Shown: positions 12,001-18,666, counted from the first letter of the stretch. The stretch: 58,403 nucleotides of DNA from Patescibacteria group bacterium (GCA_042569595.1 JBHPHI010000003.1:1-58403); one strand, 5' to 3'. Translations and numbers: made by a program. Notes: a model not told the origin generated them from the letters alone.

Positions 12001-13100
12001 CTAACACCTGAGCTGTTTCTGGGTCCGGTTGCTGTTGTTCCGTGACCTACTGACCCAGCTTCTCCAGGACATGAGTCTCCAGTGTCTCCTCCAGCTGTTG
12101 CTGCTTCAAGTAAAGCTTGCCTTCTTAGGGCTTCTGCTTCTTGTGAAGCAACCTGCTCCCCATAGGCAGACAAAGCATCTCTTAAGGCTGCTCTTTTTTC
12201 TGGGTCCGCAACAAGAGCTATTTCTGCTTCAATATCAGGATTGCTTAAACCTACCCAACATCCACCATCTTTTTTTGCGCTACCATCTGGACAAGTTGAC
12301 GAAGATACTGGAACAAAAACTGTTCCTTCTGCGGCATTGTAATCTGGGATTGTGCCTGCGCATATTGTGCCGTTTGAATTATGACACTGACCATCACCTC
12401 CATAATGTTCGGTGGGGTTCCACTGACAACTTCCCCCAACACAAGATTGGCCACCACTACATTCTCCTGCTCCAACTCCACATACGCTGCACGTTGGTGG
12501 GTTTTGTTTATAGCAAGGAGCGCCAGCATATCCATAAAATTCCTCTGCTAGGGCGTTACAACCTCCACTTAATGACCCACCACAAAATCCTCCATCTGTT
12601 CCACCCGCACACCATTTGGTACAATTTTTTGCACAACCAGGATCTTTTCTGGTACAGACTCCTTTTGGCACTCCTGTTCCCGTAGAACGATTTCCCCAAT
12701 AATATATTCCACCGTTATAGTCTTTCATGTAAGAATCAGTAAGTTTGTTTCCTTTACAATTAGAGCTGTCCGAGACAATTCGCTTACTGTGACAGACTGT
12801 GCCGTTTGGAGTTTGCTTTCCAAGACCAAGATGCAGGCTTCCATCAACACACCTCTCGCTTCCGGTAAAATCCCATCCACCTGAGGCTGGTTCGCAAGAG
12901 TTTACCTCTGGGGGTGGAGTTGGAGGCGGGGTTGGAGGTACATGATCATCTGGAGTTGGAGCGGTGTATCCCGGCTCTTCAGGTTCGTAAGCAATTTCTG
13001 CTGCTTGAATGGGTTTGGCATATATAAAAGGAGTGAACAGATTTGCCAACAGAGAAATGAGGTTGATTATGGCGATGGTTCTTAGTTTTCTTTTATTCAT
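3..13100 (-). CDS. Giant multidomain membrane/exported protein, at least 4366 aa, running off the left edge of the window
   Basis: ATG at 13100 overlaps the upstream stop (ATGAATAA). Manual translation finds no in-frame stop down to base 3. Starts MNKRKLRTIAIINLISLLANLFTPFIYAKPIQAAE and ends in-window with ...KNKQIISKK. Probably absent from the ORF track because it has no stop in the window. Confidence 0.95.
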   Translation of the reverse strand, partial: MNKRKLRTIAIINLISLLANLFTPFIYAKPIQAAEIAYEPEEPGYTAPTPDDHVPPTPPPTPPPEVNSCEPASGGWDFTGSERCVDGSLHLGLGKQTPNGTVCHSKRIVSDSSNCKGNKLTDSYMKDYNGGIYYWGNRSTGTGVPKGVCTRKDPGCAKNCTKWCAGGTDGGFCGGSLSGGCNALAEEFYGYAGAPCYKQNPPTCSVCGVGAGECSGGQSCVGGSCQWNPTEHYGGDGQCHNSNGTICAGTIPDYNAAEGTVFVPVSSSTCPDGSAKKDGGCWVGLSNPDIEAEIALVADPEKRAALRDALSAYGEQVASQEAEALRRQALLEAATAGGDTGDSCPGEAGSVGHGTTATGPRNSSGVRWRCNDGKWMECPGCQVTYGPNYVIERENVEIGYTHSAGDLDLIHEDREGLLEDSIFCSDPENMYGREEDRCRAHFAAMAQLSTAAQEAISSSVEAQIFIDTQLSGLIEEGLSCPERGSLAYSDYECYSHEQTVSNLTDEQKAMYERALAYAQEQDRINYTLGPLVELGLECADKPRWDEGCRGFWPDYDSLSRDDQRAFDGILSDTQERIEAQESIVHLVEQGVECSRNYSAPGCAEYREERNALSDDQKEALSQTVQTARQNQELYEDLQEYGTACEGVGGSTASSGAPSCIRYEELLTQAEDRFGEDQVDQIKEAIETNYIYSEASWMLTQATQSQEECLASIQGMDAQSARYAGQACTTYRDEYQANLIEQLGEINPDLVIHANALAIASAVASQDVERLAEMCFEKYSSPGRDRERCKDPMGEFADYAINGSSSVQQDCLREQGGTSMARIESLIDSGGCMGQGSYGQFLPQETINSLNTAINLHEEYGDNLLDQYTQGEISYETYTELKEGFEIRQEACGATMPGLNARWDGDKNACVVDDAMGVPGIYDGYTFGIDGVIDPQYNTGQGRPSCPDGYKVEGTSCVVSDSQRLSAGTCNINLIGSTQNSCSDGYRCDESGGIDYYSERNCVVDFESDNIEQQQALAYQNILPSLMNLQQIEFDEDTGEVINCNFENDSNACAQVERYQKWQSGEVDDFEDINGDGRITVDEINVNFAEMQQTYDDMAENGDLLTRFVIYYNDKTNGATMRGNDLLLNGDTWWDRTRGALIQGAAPAADAVKIAAIAIPVFGAGAAIASGGTIAASSTGGLLTRAVTGIGQGLSGGGWAAMAQTAFTLQTGASIYNATVGLDNLGTVCGGEELDGLQCGLAVGGTVLQVGGAFLGAGGGDTLISNLVGNSAIAAAKAGTLGSLEAAKKVASQVANQTSNAFRAANVVTQVAGSGLAYGNMTIQCDDSAEHYSESNCSLAKVNLGLALARTAGSLIPAGSSNRATQVVDTGLNIGTDVIDEAATGWDIMMSCGGGPLANPAQCSQAWTNLMVNTGQLGVGIHTMRTVQADPYTGKLPVLAEADDLMAQFRKPGAPEFIDYVNPVDGQTIKLTIVDAEAMLQGAIYAQGQFEASIDQGINYGRSLIDDGNLTLNEQRLLEVVRGQSLSSLNENIDLRNNVFSVYKEVELDNNMTRLAGSVGKTPTPTEQSYIEAHEAYRNNPTDIDAKQKSVELYGRVSQEQAILAASLTTGVRKTIDRLTNNEESAQFRQAQEEFENSIRTTDVDDIDAHQAAADRFINQTNQIGTSRFGDSWRNPVGGYRTQDTEISGQTTRLADSETTDTDLPSSKPTQPDIEETRVNQTEQETTRTQTTTDDTPVRAPPDDLVLNKDTKIEINGKTLEIGRNSGEQIVIYKLNESTGEYQIRATFDNNPSTKIPGEFLTEGHAIRLTENVNRLDATISSDSMSKLTTGDSPKAIEIKSGSVTPENIQTTRRTAGQWFEDTFLSRFRGDSDKTFTPELTGKNLIAKLQQFESDGLLKIDKNDRRIEVSRSAPPEIKSLINQLNSNIDLMDTHIQRLFGPEAGARFTQITDVVDAVVKGKVVIESGAGSGKSLVQIPLAALVLTDTGAPVSIRAPGGLIDSFKNDFIDQELLDQAGVRVLAYDQDEGFTIRVAGERVDGKNGDTFRSIITEEVEAMLGSGERIIIMTDEKSHNFSFVRGNDTSPEAVMYQKLASQHQLIDEAPITDGGYYRSAGEEVDFIDFAGDLSYDPVKIHDEVQKLPLIENLRKQVIDANNNEQRVAGVIFGEGGRPLNPDFESEIYKQMVLSESDHPAFRDSPLAKAKDMSPDEIKQAMQEFVNSHQTGDLEVLQQRIIAKNTAMEAELFVMSQVRQNDFSVEEGVANLRTKGQDNELKLQSFWQQYAQNTTGVDIIRGQNNSPRGDFDPTKLSVSKNSSTTNAIDIMRQQELQRQEFIKLEQAGVITDASLLAKIGYSATPGDVIDNFKGIGGQVSGTARDIEVARVGQTGENMSDMILHNATRGHVAETLQNTNQVIRIIEDAGVDARNIKSKGEVSWQDLDADQQQVLIRHSQSEVSNNAPRLQTELDSIRGGIQDLPKPELIPETTRILSGKEVTIKGEEVYVEAVRLSENKHALLVEAETARNSGNTKLIEQIESKIQELDAEISRITNGDSDSIEYINNVGKTNVLQAEINEITKPIAIVNENGGISWEDMDAYIDKQFPGRKIIAGTDPDGSFYQRTRNDDGSLGDKVYFTKKNGDPDIDSWRKFIKDSTADSGEELLVIYQLNRETGVSLGVSIKDVVEGNYIPTWKHLTEYSFEGDLVIRASDGDLVNQGVGRNRLLALLVDIDGGRKTYNFETGEGGGDYGQLVNKLIETDPEIARLIESGRPTNDPEVLRLAAEKADQIVETARATTAWEEFASGRDLGLFDLESHRTKATQAKSQDIAWKNFSDLTSAMQRDAVVRARDEHLSTLRSGSREHGKWDKIYQNALTKIDETSQFNANLINKGVDSDIVAFNLIDSGHQQVRALVDRLQVEGAPRSVIDFMKSQWDTDIPTIRDHPDINRFATYDEAEGAWRVRFSDNPTPDTPIYVTKNFVTLFEEFSSFYTKSDMPDVVNRGLDTPPAVYVAKAKPSITRTVQEATRTIINPKRWGPAFNYNVVQPIARAFSNFSNIGRSVIGLGALSQEQIQGGISSNQGIDFLRGLTGSEGERSVRAALSTWLSGRSDFQQLEREYEYAQSGRANEQAIREALENLGIAGATQDDIIAGFKDVNGPFRPIADATTTEKPDKPKESPREDKPTEEKPDSEEKGGEDDVDDQEPPPEEVPPTDDTLPDDGKPPSDQTLQTGRGGTTEDITESEITPDTEETPKETEAPKTEESSQDEVIDSVNPTTQPEPSVRIDLDSNTQHKVPSDRATQDNPITIGRNSANRFVISHPEISRQHADIYKDNQGNWVIRDRGSTNGTLVNGKLIEKLGTQIINSGDTIIIGGQAVIITQTSKGEINLEFSARTTAKIDDSPTTDEKIISQSPNLRGQEFSEAEAAYINYIGQAVDLIKSGQYKEAIEHLSTGQKEAEAVGILVDTGRGQIYAEDTEGMTQVIANNVAYASMYHTNGQITLGWASVVDGELTRNQQHNIAVVYLEEWLHGLQFMLEDRGLDSGALSQIAHDQSISDHETDVALFMNEHGIALPEAFLGRYGRHKVVDHDLNNKLAEETKAPSQQAKDRSEEPITPATTQEEEQEPTISLIEQLRSNVQNLFKTPQQRLADRVLDDFSQAIINQETTAVNRQVQQEFQNTQASPADVQQTIMVESYNRIISRLSSPKVIDYLTNKLREAGISEENITRIVDQLSQNATRIAAQMSNNVISGLSHKTTVQTHTKQVGTETQYTQATRRIIADVHSDLAKLEKILIRQGVISVNSDGSWTLKNKNHDILTFLGDYFDRGIDKATGQPAQFVVRRLGGRSYSPGIEIIRRLVDLKKQGANVEMLLGNHEVQFLWAMLEENNENLWGPGTLFRKNGVSREEIRIANRTSGVRDFLANLDAIGFRSDGSILQHSDTPAYIYYLYPDDHRYGQIPRTPQGGIDHHQVLRDLKEFRARAAREGLSPQDTVNRINGNIKGILRSGNRSEARSLFQNLTRRDGFIYEQVVDEYNAIFNAPRVYFGHSISAAGEHFGGKAVGLDYGLSEAYRGAEEVDVSQTMVGFQVPTTQTYETYSSQFSYQKPREKFVIANAVQIKVDDDDTDEPGGQTGIDLSRLPITRRIQLAGQAFSAFLSLIGNNFVSFFPKAFFFIRDLVYEAIDAFEEQDRIIQEFRTQRSEAGEVDEKNTQQQEELTEDRENTESKTPPLLLAFYNALDLLPFSNIVKSELSAWERIKNDLFEIEQGATWSDFKFAGIKDNKVVINVGIIKKAEEVSQVERDLDEILNNSNEVRVIDKDRKLKIVFVGKSQEILSDPKQKSDLLTLITTGSAIQWTNATFRSKNKQIISKK
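900..1790 (-). other. PPP-family metallophosphatase domain in the giant protein
   Basis: Ordered motifs IADVHSD (DVH 1767-1775), LGDYFDRG (1635-1655), LGNHE (1488-1499), QHSD (His at 1302), FGHS (972-983) and GLDYG (918-929). Confidence 0.9.
2400..2560 (-). other. Zincin-like metal-binding motif (EExxH variant) in the giant protein
   Basis: VYLEEWLHGLQ (EEWLH 2526-2540), followed about 30 aa later by DHETDVA (2427-2444). Confidence 0.5.
2994..3200 (-). other. FHA domain in the giant protein
   Basis: ITIGRNSANRFVISHPEISRQHADIYKDNQGNWVIRDRGSTNGTLVNG...GDTIIIG has the conserved GR, SxxH and STNGT motifs. Confidence 0.92.
4900..7260 (-). other. SecA-like/SF2 (DEAD-type) ATPase module in the giant protein
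   Basis: Walker A VIESGAGSGKS (7185-7205), Walker B-like LIDEA (6795-6809), motif III GYSATP (6033-6041) and motif VI-like NQGVGRNR (4944-4964), in SF2 order. Confidence 0.75.
8820..9660 (-). other. Gly/Ala-rich hydrophobic helical bundle with three Cys-paired loops
   Basis: Segments such as AVKIAAIAIPVFGAGAAIASGG and GLAVGGTVLQVGGAFLGAG. Loops C-x9-C (9387-9419), C-x11-C (9093-9131) and C-x10-C (8895-8930). Confidence 0.65.
9855..9890 (-). other. EF-hand-type Ca-binding loop in the giant protein
   Basis: DINGDGRITVDE fits D-x-N-x-D-G-x-I-x-x-x-E. Confidence 0.65.
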
Positions 13101-13779
13101 TGAATGTCTTTTCTACTCTGATTGGTGGAAAAGGTGCATGTATTTTTTGATCAATTAGTTGTTGCCCGTCTAAATTAAGATTTCCAACTGCCCTAATGAA
13201 CAACTTATCTGCCTTGTACATAATTGGGCTTATGTCTACTGAAAAATTTCCAAAACTATTTGTCTCAGTAATTACTGGATGATGATATTCGGGTGTGGCT
13301 GGAGAAATAGTCACTATAGCTCCTGGAATTCCAACCCCCTCCTCATCAACTACGACACCATATGCTGGCTCTGGGAGTTGAGGAGCCTCTTCTCTTTGAG
13401 TAATCGTTTTTACTTTTTGGCTATATTTAGTAGTTTTGGTGCCAGAGATTATATAGATAGAGTAATTAGTGTCTGGGGTGAGGTTTTTTATTTCCAGTAG
13501 GTGTGTTCTTGTTTTGTTGATTGACTCACACGCAAATCTGAATTGATTAAATTTGTCTGTGTGAGCGAAAAGGCAGCTCCTATTTTGTTTCCCAGTTATC
13601 CAAGAAACATAAAGTGACCTTTCTCCAATATTTCCAACCTGAATTATTGAAGGCCTTTCTTTTGAAAACTGGAGATAGACTATAAATAATGCAATTGTTA
13701 ATTGAACAATTGAAATATAATGTTTTTTGATTAAATCTAAGATGATATTGATGATTTCTTTTGCTTTTATGTTTTTCAT
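13093..13779 (-). CDS. Membrane-anchored Fn3 (purple acid phosphatase N-terminal-like) plus carboxypeptidase-regulatory-like domain protein
   Basis: N-terminal TM segment; LYVSWIT...THLLEIKNLTPDTNYSIYI (Fn3); PAYGVVVDEEG...GAIVTI...TNSFGNFSVD. Confidence 0.7.
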   Translation of the reverse strand: MKNIKAKEIINIILDLIKKHYISIVQLTIALFIVYLQFSKERPSIIQVGNIGERSLYVSWITGKQNRSCLFAHTDKFNQFRFACESINKTRTHLLEIKNLTPDTNYSIYIISGTKTTKYSQKVKTITQREEAPQLPEPAYGVVVDEEGVGIPGAIVTISPATPEYHHPVITETNSFGNFSVDISPIMYKADKLFIRAVGNLNLDGQQLIDQKIHAPFPPIRVEKTFNE

Positions 13780-14525
13780 TTGAATTGATTTAAAATAATT
13801 TCTTGATTGGTTTTAACCATGTAGCCAATTCCTTCTTCTATCTTGAAATCGGTACCATACTCTTTGATGTTGTCTTGTGAATATAGTCTTTTTACAAATG
13901 GCTCCCATGTTCCTGATCGCCACCAGTCTATTTCGTTAGCATTTTCGTTCCCGTTGCTATTTAAGTTGTTTAAGATTGAACTGGCTGTTTTTTCTTGAGC
14001 AACAAATCCTACTGTATTCCAGCCTTTTTGAAGCAAGATTTCTCCAACATCATTTCTGGTGAGAGGCTCTCCAATAATTTTCCAATCAAAAGTTTTGTGA
14101 TTTCTTAAGAAGTATGCTTTTCCTGGCTCAATAGAAAAATTGCTTCCGTATTGCTCTTGTCCTCGTTGGGTGTATTCCTGCCACCTATCACCATCCCACA
14201 TGCTAACAGTGGTTACGTATCCTCCTTTGTCGGCTACATCCACAACCAGCTCTGCAGCGGTTCGAAAATTGAACGGCTTGTGTGGAAATGAGACAAGATT
14301 CCATCCATTTAGCATTTTTATTATCACCTTGTGATCTGATACCTCTTGTTTTTCGAATGGGACAACTGCTTCTTCATCAAAACTTGCTTGAGAAAGGTTT
14401 GTGAAAGTTGATGAGTATTCTTCTGAGGCTTTTGGTAATTGAGATTTTATTGTTATTCCAACAACTAGCAGGGCAAGTAATGTTGCGACAATTATGAATA
14501 TGATTTTTTTAGTGTTTTTATTCAT
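13776..14525 (-). CDS. Exported protein with two GWN(L/T)V-F repeat domains
   Basis: N-terminal TM segment then PKAS. Repeats GWNLVSFP...W...W..Y...F.IEPGKAYF and GWNTVGF...WW...W...F.IEEGIGYM. Confidence 0.8.
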   Translation of the reverse strand: MNKNTKKIIFIIVATLLALLVVGITIKSQLPKASEEYSSTFTNLSQASFDEEAVVPFEKQEVSDHKVIIKMLNGWNLVSFPHKPFNFRTAAELVVDVADKGGYVTTVSMWDGDRWQEYTQRGQEQYGSNFSIEPGKAYFLRNHKTFDWKIIGEPLTRNDVGEILLQKGWNTVGFVAQEKTASSILNNLNSNGNENANEIDWWRSGTWEPFVKRLYSQDNIKEYGTDFKIEEGIGYMVKTNQEIILNQFK

Positions 14526-14820
14526 AAAGCTTGAGTAATTTATTTACTTCCGTTAGTGATTCTTTTTTTGGAATTGTGTGATGCAGTAACCACCTTAGCG
14601 AGTTTGAATTTGTTGCTTTGCCAGCAGGTTGAATGAGTGAATTACCCCTAAACCTTGTTCTTGTAAGTGATGAAATAACTCCACCCAAAGATTTACCTTT
14701 TAGTTTGGTCTTTTTTTCTAGCTTGTTTTGAGTGACTACTTTAGTTTTTGACTGAAGAAAAACCTTGAGTACAAGGAGTTGGTTTTTGGTAAAGCGTCTA
14801 ATTTTATTTTGCATACACAA
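14518..14820 (-). CDS. Small basic protein, possible winged-helix DNA-binding protein
   Basis: QLLVLKVFL...VTQNKLEKKTKLKGKSLGGVISSLTR...LRWLL looks like HTH plus wing. Its stop overlaps the next ATG. Confidence 0.55.
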   Translation of the reverse strand: MCMQNKIRRFTKNQLLVLKVFLQSKTKVVTQNKLEKKTKLKGKSLGGVISSLTRTRFRGNSLIQPAGKATNSNSLRWLLHHTIPKKESLTEVNKLLKLYE

Positions 14821-15021
14821 ACAAGGCCACTATTCTGGCCTTGGATTAAGTACAGCATATCTTTGTGATCTAAATCAAGTATTGAATGTATATGTTCTTT
14901 AATATCTTTTTTGTCTATTTTTTCTTTTTGTACTACTTTATCTTTTATTTCTTTTTGTTCTTTTTGTTCTTTATTCTCTGAATACAATAGTGAAAATTAG
15001 CTTATTCGTAAATATAGTATT

Positions 15022-16812
15022 TTATTGAATAGTGGCGATTTTTGTAAGAATCTCGTCAGGAATGGAAACTCTGCCAAACTGAGCTAATCGCTTCTTTCCT
15101 TTTTTCTGCTTCTTTAAAAGCTTGTCTCTTCTAGTCCTATCTCCCCCGTAAAGCTTGGCCGTGACATCTTTCCTGCTTGCAGGCTTTGTTTCTCTTGCAA
15201 TTACTTTTCCACCTATAGCTGCTTGAATAGGAACAGCAAATGCATGCCTTGGTAGAAGTTCTTTTATTTCTGCAACTAGCTTCCTGCCTATTTGACTGAC
15301 TTTTTGTTTGACTACAATTCTTGAAAGTGGAAGTATTTCTTCGTGGTTTAATAAAACCTTTAGCTTTACAGCTTCTACTGGTTCTGGGTTTATCAACTCG
15401 TAATCTAGTGTTGCATATCCGCTGCTAGCTGATTTTAATTCATCAAAAAGTCCGCTTATAAGTTCTGACAAAGGAAGTTTATATGTTAATTGTGCTCTTC
15501 CACCAATGTACTGAGTGTCTTGGTAAATTCCCCGGTGTTGCTGTAAAAGATCCATGACTCCACCCATGTAACTCTCTGGCGAAATTACTGTGGTTTTTGT
15601 CATAGGTTCTTTTATTTGTTTAATCTCAGAAGGGTCTGGAAGCTCGTTTGGGTTTTGGATAACTAATTCTTCATCTGATGTGAGAGTGACTAAGTATTCG
15701 ACAGTGGGATTTGTAAGAATAGTTGATACTCCTTGCTCTCTAAATAGTCTTTCTTTGGTAATTTCCACATGAAACACACCCAAAAACCCCAATCTAAACC
15801 CGCTTCCAAGTATGGGAGAGTGAACAGTTTTTGTGGTAAGAGCTGCATCAGTAAGGCTAAGTTTTTCTACAGCGTCTTTTAGGTCATGAAAGCTACTATT
15901 TTCCGCTGGATACAGATCTGCATAAACAGTGTGCTTGGGTGGTTGATATCCGGGGAGTGGGGTTGTTTTTTGTTTTTCATCGACAGTAATAGTGTCACCC
16001 ACTCGTAAGTCTTTTATATCTTTTAGTCCTGTTGCTATATAGCCAACTGATCCTGTAGGTAAATTGTGCTTGGGAGTTCTTTTTGGCTTGAAAATTCCCA
16101 TTTCTTTTATTTCAAGGTGTTTTTCTGCTTGGGTGAGAAAAAGAGGTTGGTCACTATTTAGCTCTCCATCTACTATTCGAACAAAAGCAATAACTCCTAA
16201 GTGGGAGTCGTATGTGGAGTTGAACACTAACGCTCTAGTGGGGTCATTCTCTTTTCCGTTTGGACATGGAACTTCTTTTATAACTCTGGAAAATAGCCCC
16301 TCTATCCCCTTACCGCTTTTTGCGGAAAGTGTGGATATTTCTTCCTTATTGAATCCAAATACTTGTTTTAATTCTTTGGTTGTTTTTTCGATTTCTGCTG
16401 AATCAAGATCTATTTTGTTTAAGACCGGAAGAATGTTTAATCCTAAATCAACAGCCTTGTAGGTGTGCGCAACTGTTTGAGCTTGAACACCTTGCGACGC
16501 ATCTATTAATAATACTGCTGCTTCACACGCTGCTAAACTTCTTTCTACTTCGTATGCAAAATCAACATGGCCCGGAGTATCTATGAGATTAAGGGTGTAG
16601 TTTTGTTCACCGAACTGATAATCCATTGTTACTGGAGCAAGCTTTATAGTAACTCCTCTTTCTTGTTCTATGGGATTGGAGTCAAGCATTCTATCTGAAA
16701 TTTCTCTCTCGGAAACTGTGTTTGTAAATTGGAGAAGCTTGTCCGTTAAGGTGGTCTTTCCGTGATCAATGTGGGCAATGATGCTGAAATTTCTAATGTG
16801 TTTTTGATTCAT
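15022..16812 (-). CDS. lepA: Elongation factor 4 (LepA)
   Basis: IRNFSIIAHIDHGKTTL, ERGVTIK, LIDTPGHVDF and C-terminal KLYGGDRTR. Confidence 0.98.
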   Translation of the reverse strand: MNQKHIRNFSIIAHIDHGKTTLTDKLLQFTNTVSEREISDRMLDSNPIEQERGVTIKLAPVTMDYQFGEQNYTLNLIDTPGHVDFAYEVERSLAACEAAVLLIDASQGVQAQTVAHTYKAVDLGLNILPVLNKIDLDSAEIEKTTKELKQVFGFNKEEISTLSAKSGKGIEGLFSRVIKEVPCPNGKENDPTRALVFNSTYDSHLGVIAFVRIVDGELNSDQPLFLTQAEKHLEIKEMGIFKPKRTPKHNLPTGSVGYIATGLKDIKDLRVGDTITVDEKQKTTPLPGYQPPKHTVYADLYPAENSSFHDLKDAVEKLSLTDAALTTKTVHSPILGSGFRLGFLGVFHVEITKERLFREQGVSTILTNPTVEYLVTLTSDEELVIQNPNELPDPSEIKQIKEPMTKTTVISPESYMGGVMDLLQQHRGIYQDTQYIGGRAQLTYKLPLSELISGLFDELKSASSGYATLDYELINPEPVEAVKLKVLLNHEEILPLSRIVVKQKVSQIGRKLVAEIKELLPRHAFAVPIQAAIGGKVIARETKPASRKDVTAKLYGGDRTRRDKLLKKQKKGKKRLAQFGRVSIPDEILTKIATIQ

Positions 16813-16837
16813 GCCTGGTATTTTATCAGAAGAGAGC

Positions 16838-18517
16838 TTAAATTGGTTTAATTTCTTGAGATTGTGATGTTGGATCTATGACTTCATCGGTTTTGTTTAG
16901 AACTTTATTCCAGTTTCCGATTTTTTTTATTAACATGGAAAATTCCTGCAGTTCTGGAATTCCTAATATTTTTGAAATGCCTATATATACTACAAATCCT
17001 ATTGCTGCAGATATTATAGTTAGAAAAACTAATGGGACTGTTCTGGTGGTGTCAAACACAAAGTTGTCTAAAAGTTTCATTGGCATCCATAAGAAAATTC
17101 CAGTAAGTATGGACGCTAGTGTCATTTTGTATATTGGACGTAAAAGTTGTTTATGATTGAAGCCGCCCACTAACTTAGTTAAAGCAAATAATAAAATAAA
17201 AAAGTGAAGAACAGCTGAAAAAGTGAGAGCTAAAGCAATTCCCAACACTTCAAAGTTGTATTTAAAGGTGAATAGCCAAGCTAAAAAGATATTCACAACC
17301 ATTGAGACTAAAGCGGTAATGAATGGAGTTTTGGTGTTTTCTAGAGCGTAAAAAGCCCTGCTTATAATATGATGTGCGCCTTGAGCAAAAACTGACAGTG
17401 AAAGTATCGCAACGGTTTTTCCGGTGATAATAGTAGCACTCCATGGAAACCCTTTGGCTCCATACAAAATTCTAACAATTGGAATTCTTAAAATAAGAAG
17501 GATGACGGAGGCTGGAAGAGTAAGATAAATAATCTTATGTAAAGAGTTAAGTACTGTGAGTTTAAATTTTTCTAAGTCTTTTTTTGCACTTTCTTTAGAT
17601 AAAAATGGGAGTGAGGCCTGGCCAATGGGTACGGCAAAAATTCGAATAGGAGCACTCATAAGCCTTTGGGCGATTTCGAATATTGTAAGACTTCCTGAAG
17701 TCATGGCTGTGGCAAAAAAGCCCGTGGCAATAAACTCTAATTGATTAATTGATATCGTTAAGGTTCTTGGGGGCATAAGTTTTATCATTTCTCTTACCCC
17801 CTTATGAGAAAAGTTGAAAGTGAGTTGATATTTAAAACCTAGTTTTTTTGCCAGTGGAATTTGGAATATTAAATGCAAAAAAGACCCAATCACTATACCT
17901 ATTGCTGCTGAATAAATTCCAAAAGCGGGTGTTAAAAAAACAATTCCAGAAATAATTCCAATATTGTGAGCAAGGGGTGATAGGGCTGGAACTAAAAACC
18001 TGTGATGTGATTGAATCATTCCTGTTAAAAAATTACTTATGGCAAAGAAAAATTGCGCTAACAACATGACTCTGGTGAGATTTGCCGCAAGATGAATTTG
18101 TTCTAAGGTAAATTCGGCGGAAGTAATTAGTTTGATAAATGATTCTGCTTTAAAATAAATCACTGCTGAAACGATAAAAAACAATACAAGAATAATGTTG
18201 ATGACAGAAGACGAAATTTTATAGGCTTCTTCTTTGCTTTTGTTTAGATATTTACTAAAAACAGGAATGAATGCTGCGGAAAGAGCTCCAACTACTAGTA
18301 GTTGAAATGCAAGTTCAGGAAACCTTGATGCGATTCTGAAGGCGTCGAGCTGACTTCGATATTGGTCGAAAAAATAACTGATTAATATTCTTTCTCTAAT
18401 AAAACCTAAAGCAGCTGACAAGAAGCTGGCAAAAGTAATAATTGTTGCAGCTGATAAAATGCTGCTTTGTTGTTTTTGTAAAAGCTTTTGGCTTTGTTTG
18501 AATATATCTTTAACCAC
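16838..18517 (-). CDS. murJ: Lipid II flippase MurJ (MviN)
   Basis: LGFIRERILISYF, LDAFRIASRFPEL...GALSAAFIPVF and RAFYALENTKTP in a multi-TM protein. Confidence 0.95.
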   Translation of the reverse strand: MVKDIFKQSQKLLQKQQSSILSAATIITFASFLSAALGFIRERILISYFFDQYRSQLDAFRIASRFPELAFQLLVVGALSAAFIPVFSKYLNKSKEEAYKISSSVINIILVLFFIVSAVIYFKAESFIKLITSAEFTLEQIHLAANLTRVMLLAQFFFAISNFLTGMIQSHHRFLVPALSPLAHNIGIISGIVFLTPAFGIYSAAIGIVIGSFLHLIFQIPLAKKLGFKYQLTFNFSHKGVREMIKLMPPRTLTISINQLEFIATGFFATAMTSGSLTIFEIAQRLMSAPIRIFAVPIGQASLPFLSKESAKKDLEKFKLTVLNSLHKIIYLTLPASVILLILRIPIVRILYGAKGFPWSATIITGKTVAILSLSVFAQGAHHIISRAFYALENTKTPFITALVSMVVNIFLAWLFTFKYNFEVLGIALALTFSAVLHFFILLFALTKLVGGFNHKQLLRPIYKMTLASILTGIFLWMPMKLLDNFVFDTTRTVPLVFLTIISAAIGFVVYIGISKILGIPELQEFSMLIKKIGNWNKVLNKTDEVIDPTSQSQEIKPI

Positions 18518-18666
18518 AATCCCTTTCTGTCTTGCCTGGTTATTGTAACAAAGACTTGAAAATTTATGGAAAGATAAATTTTGATTGTAAGAGTTGTTCT
18601 TATCTGTTACAATACAGCCTGATTCATGCCTTGTGGCATGGTTTTTGTTTATTTAAATTAGGATAT

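Noticed and set aside
163-12685. Short track ORFs in 1-13 kb (e.g. 12029-12685 +, 12251-12535 -, 3380-3622 -, 8021-8239 -)
   Set aside because: They are antisense or off-frame shadows of the giant ORF, with no recognisable motifs.
13776-13779. Alternative genetic code (TGA=Gly, as in Gracilibacteria/Absconditabacteria)
   Set aside because: TGA ends genes at ATGA overlaps (13776, 23714, 38519, 38929), and the giant frame needs no readthrough.
14736-14987. 83-aa ORF between lepA and the wHTH-like gene
   Set aside because: It overlaps the next gene by 85 nt and is low-complexity Lys/Glu sequence with no motif; it may simply be AT-rich promoter DNA.
18532-18666. N-terminal extensions in the track for rpsT (also pilN, 20669, 22146, 31230, 41233, 46086, 52179)
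   Set aside because: Downstream ATGs fit the family start, an SD or a stop overlap better.
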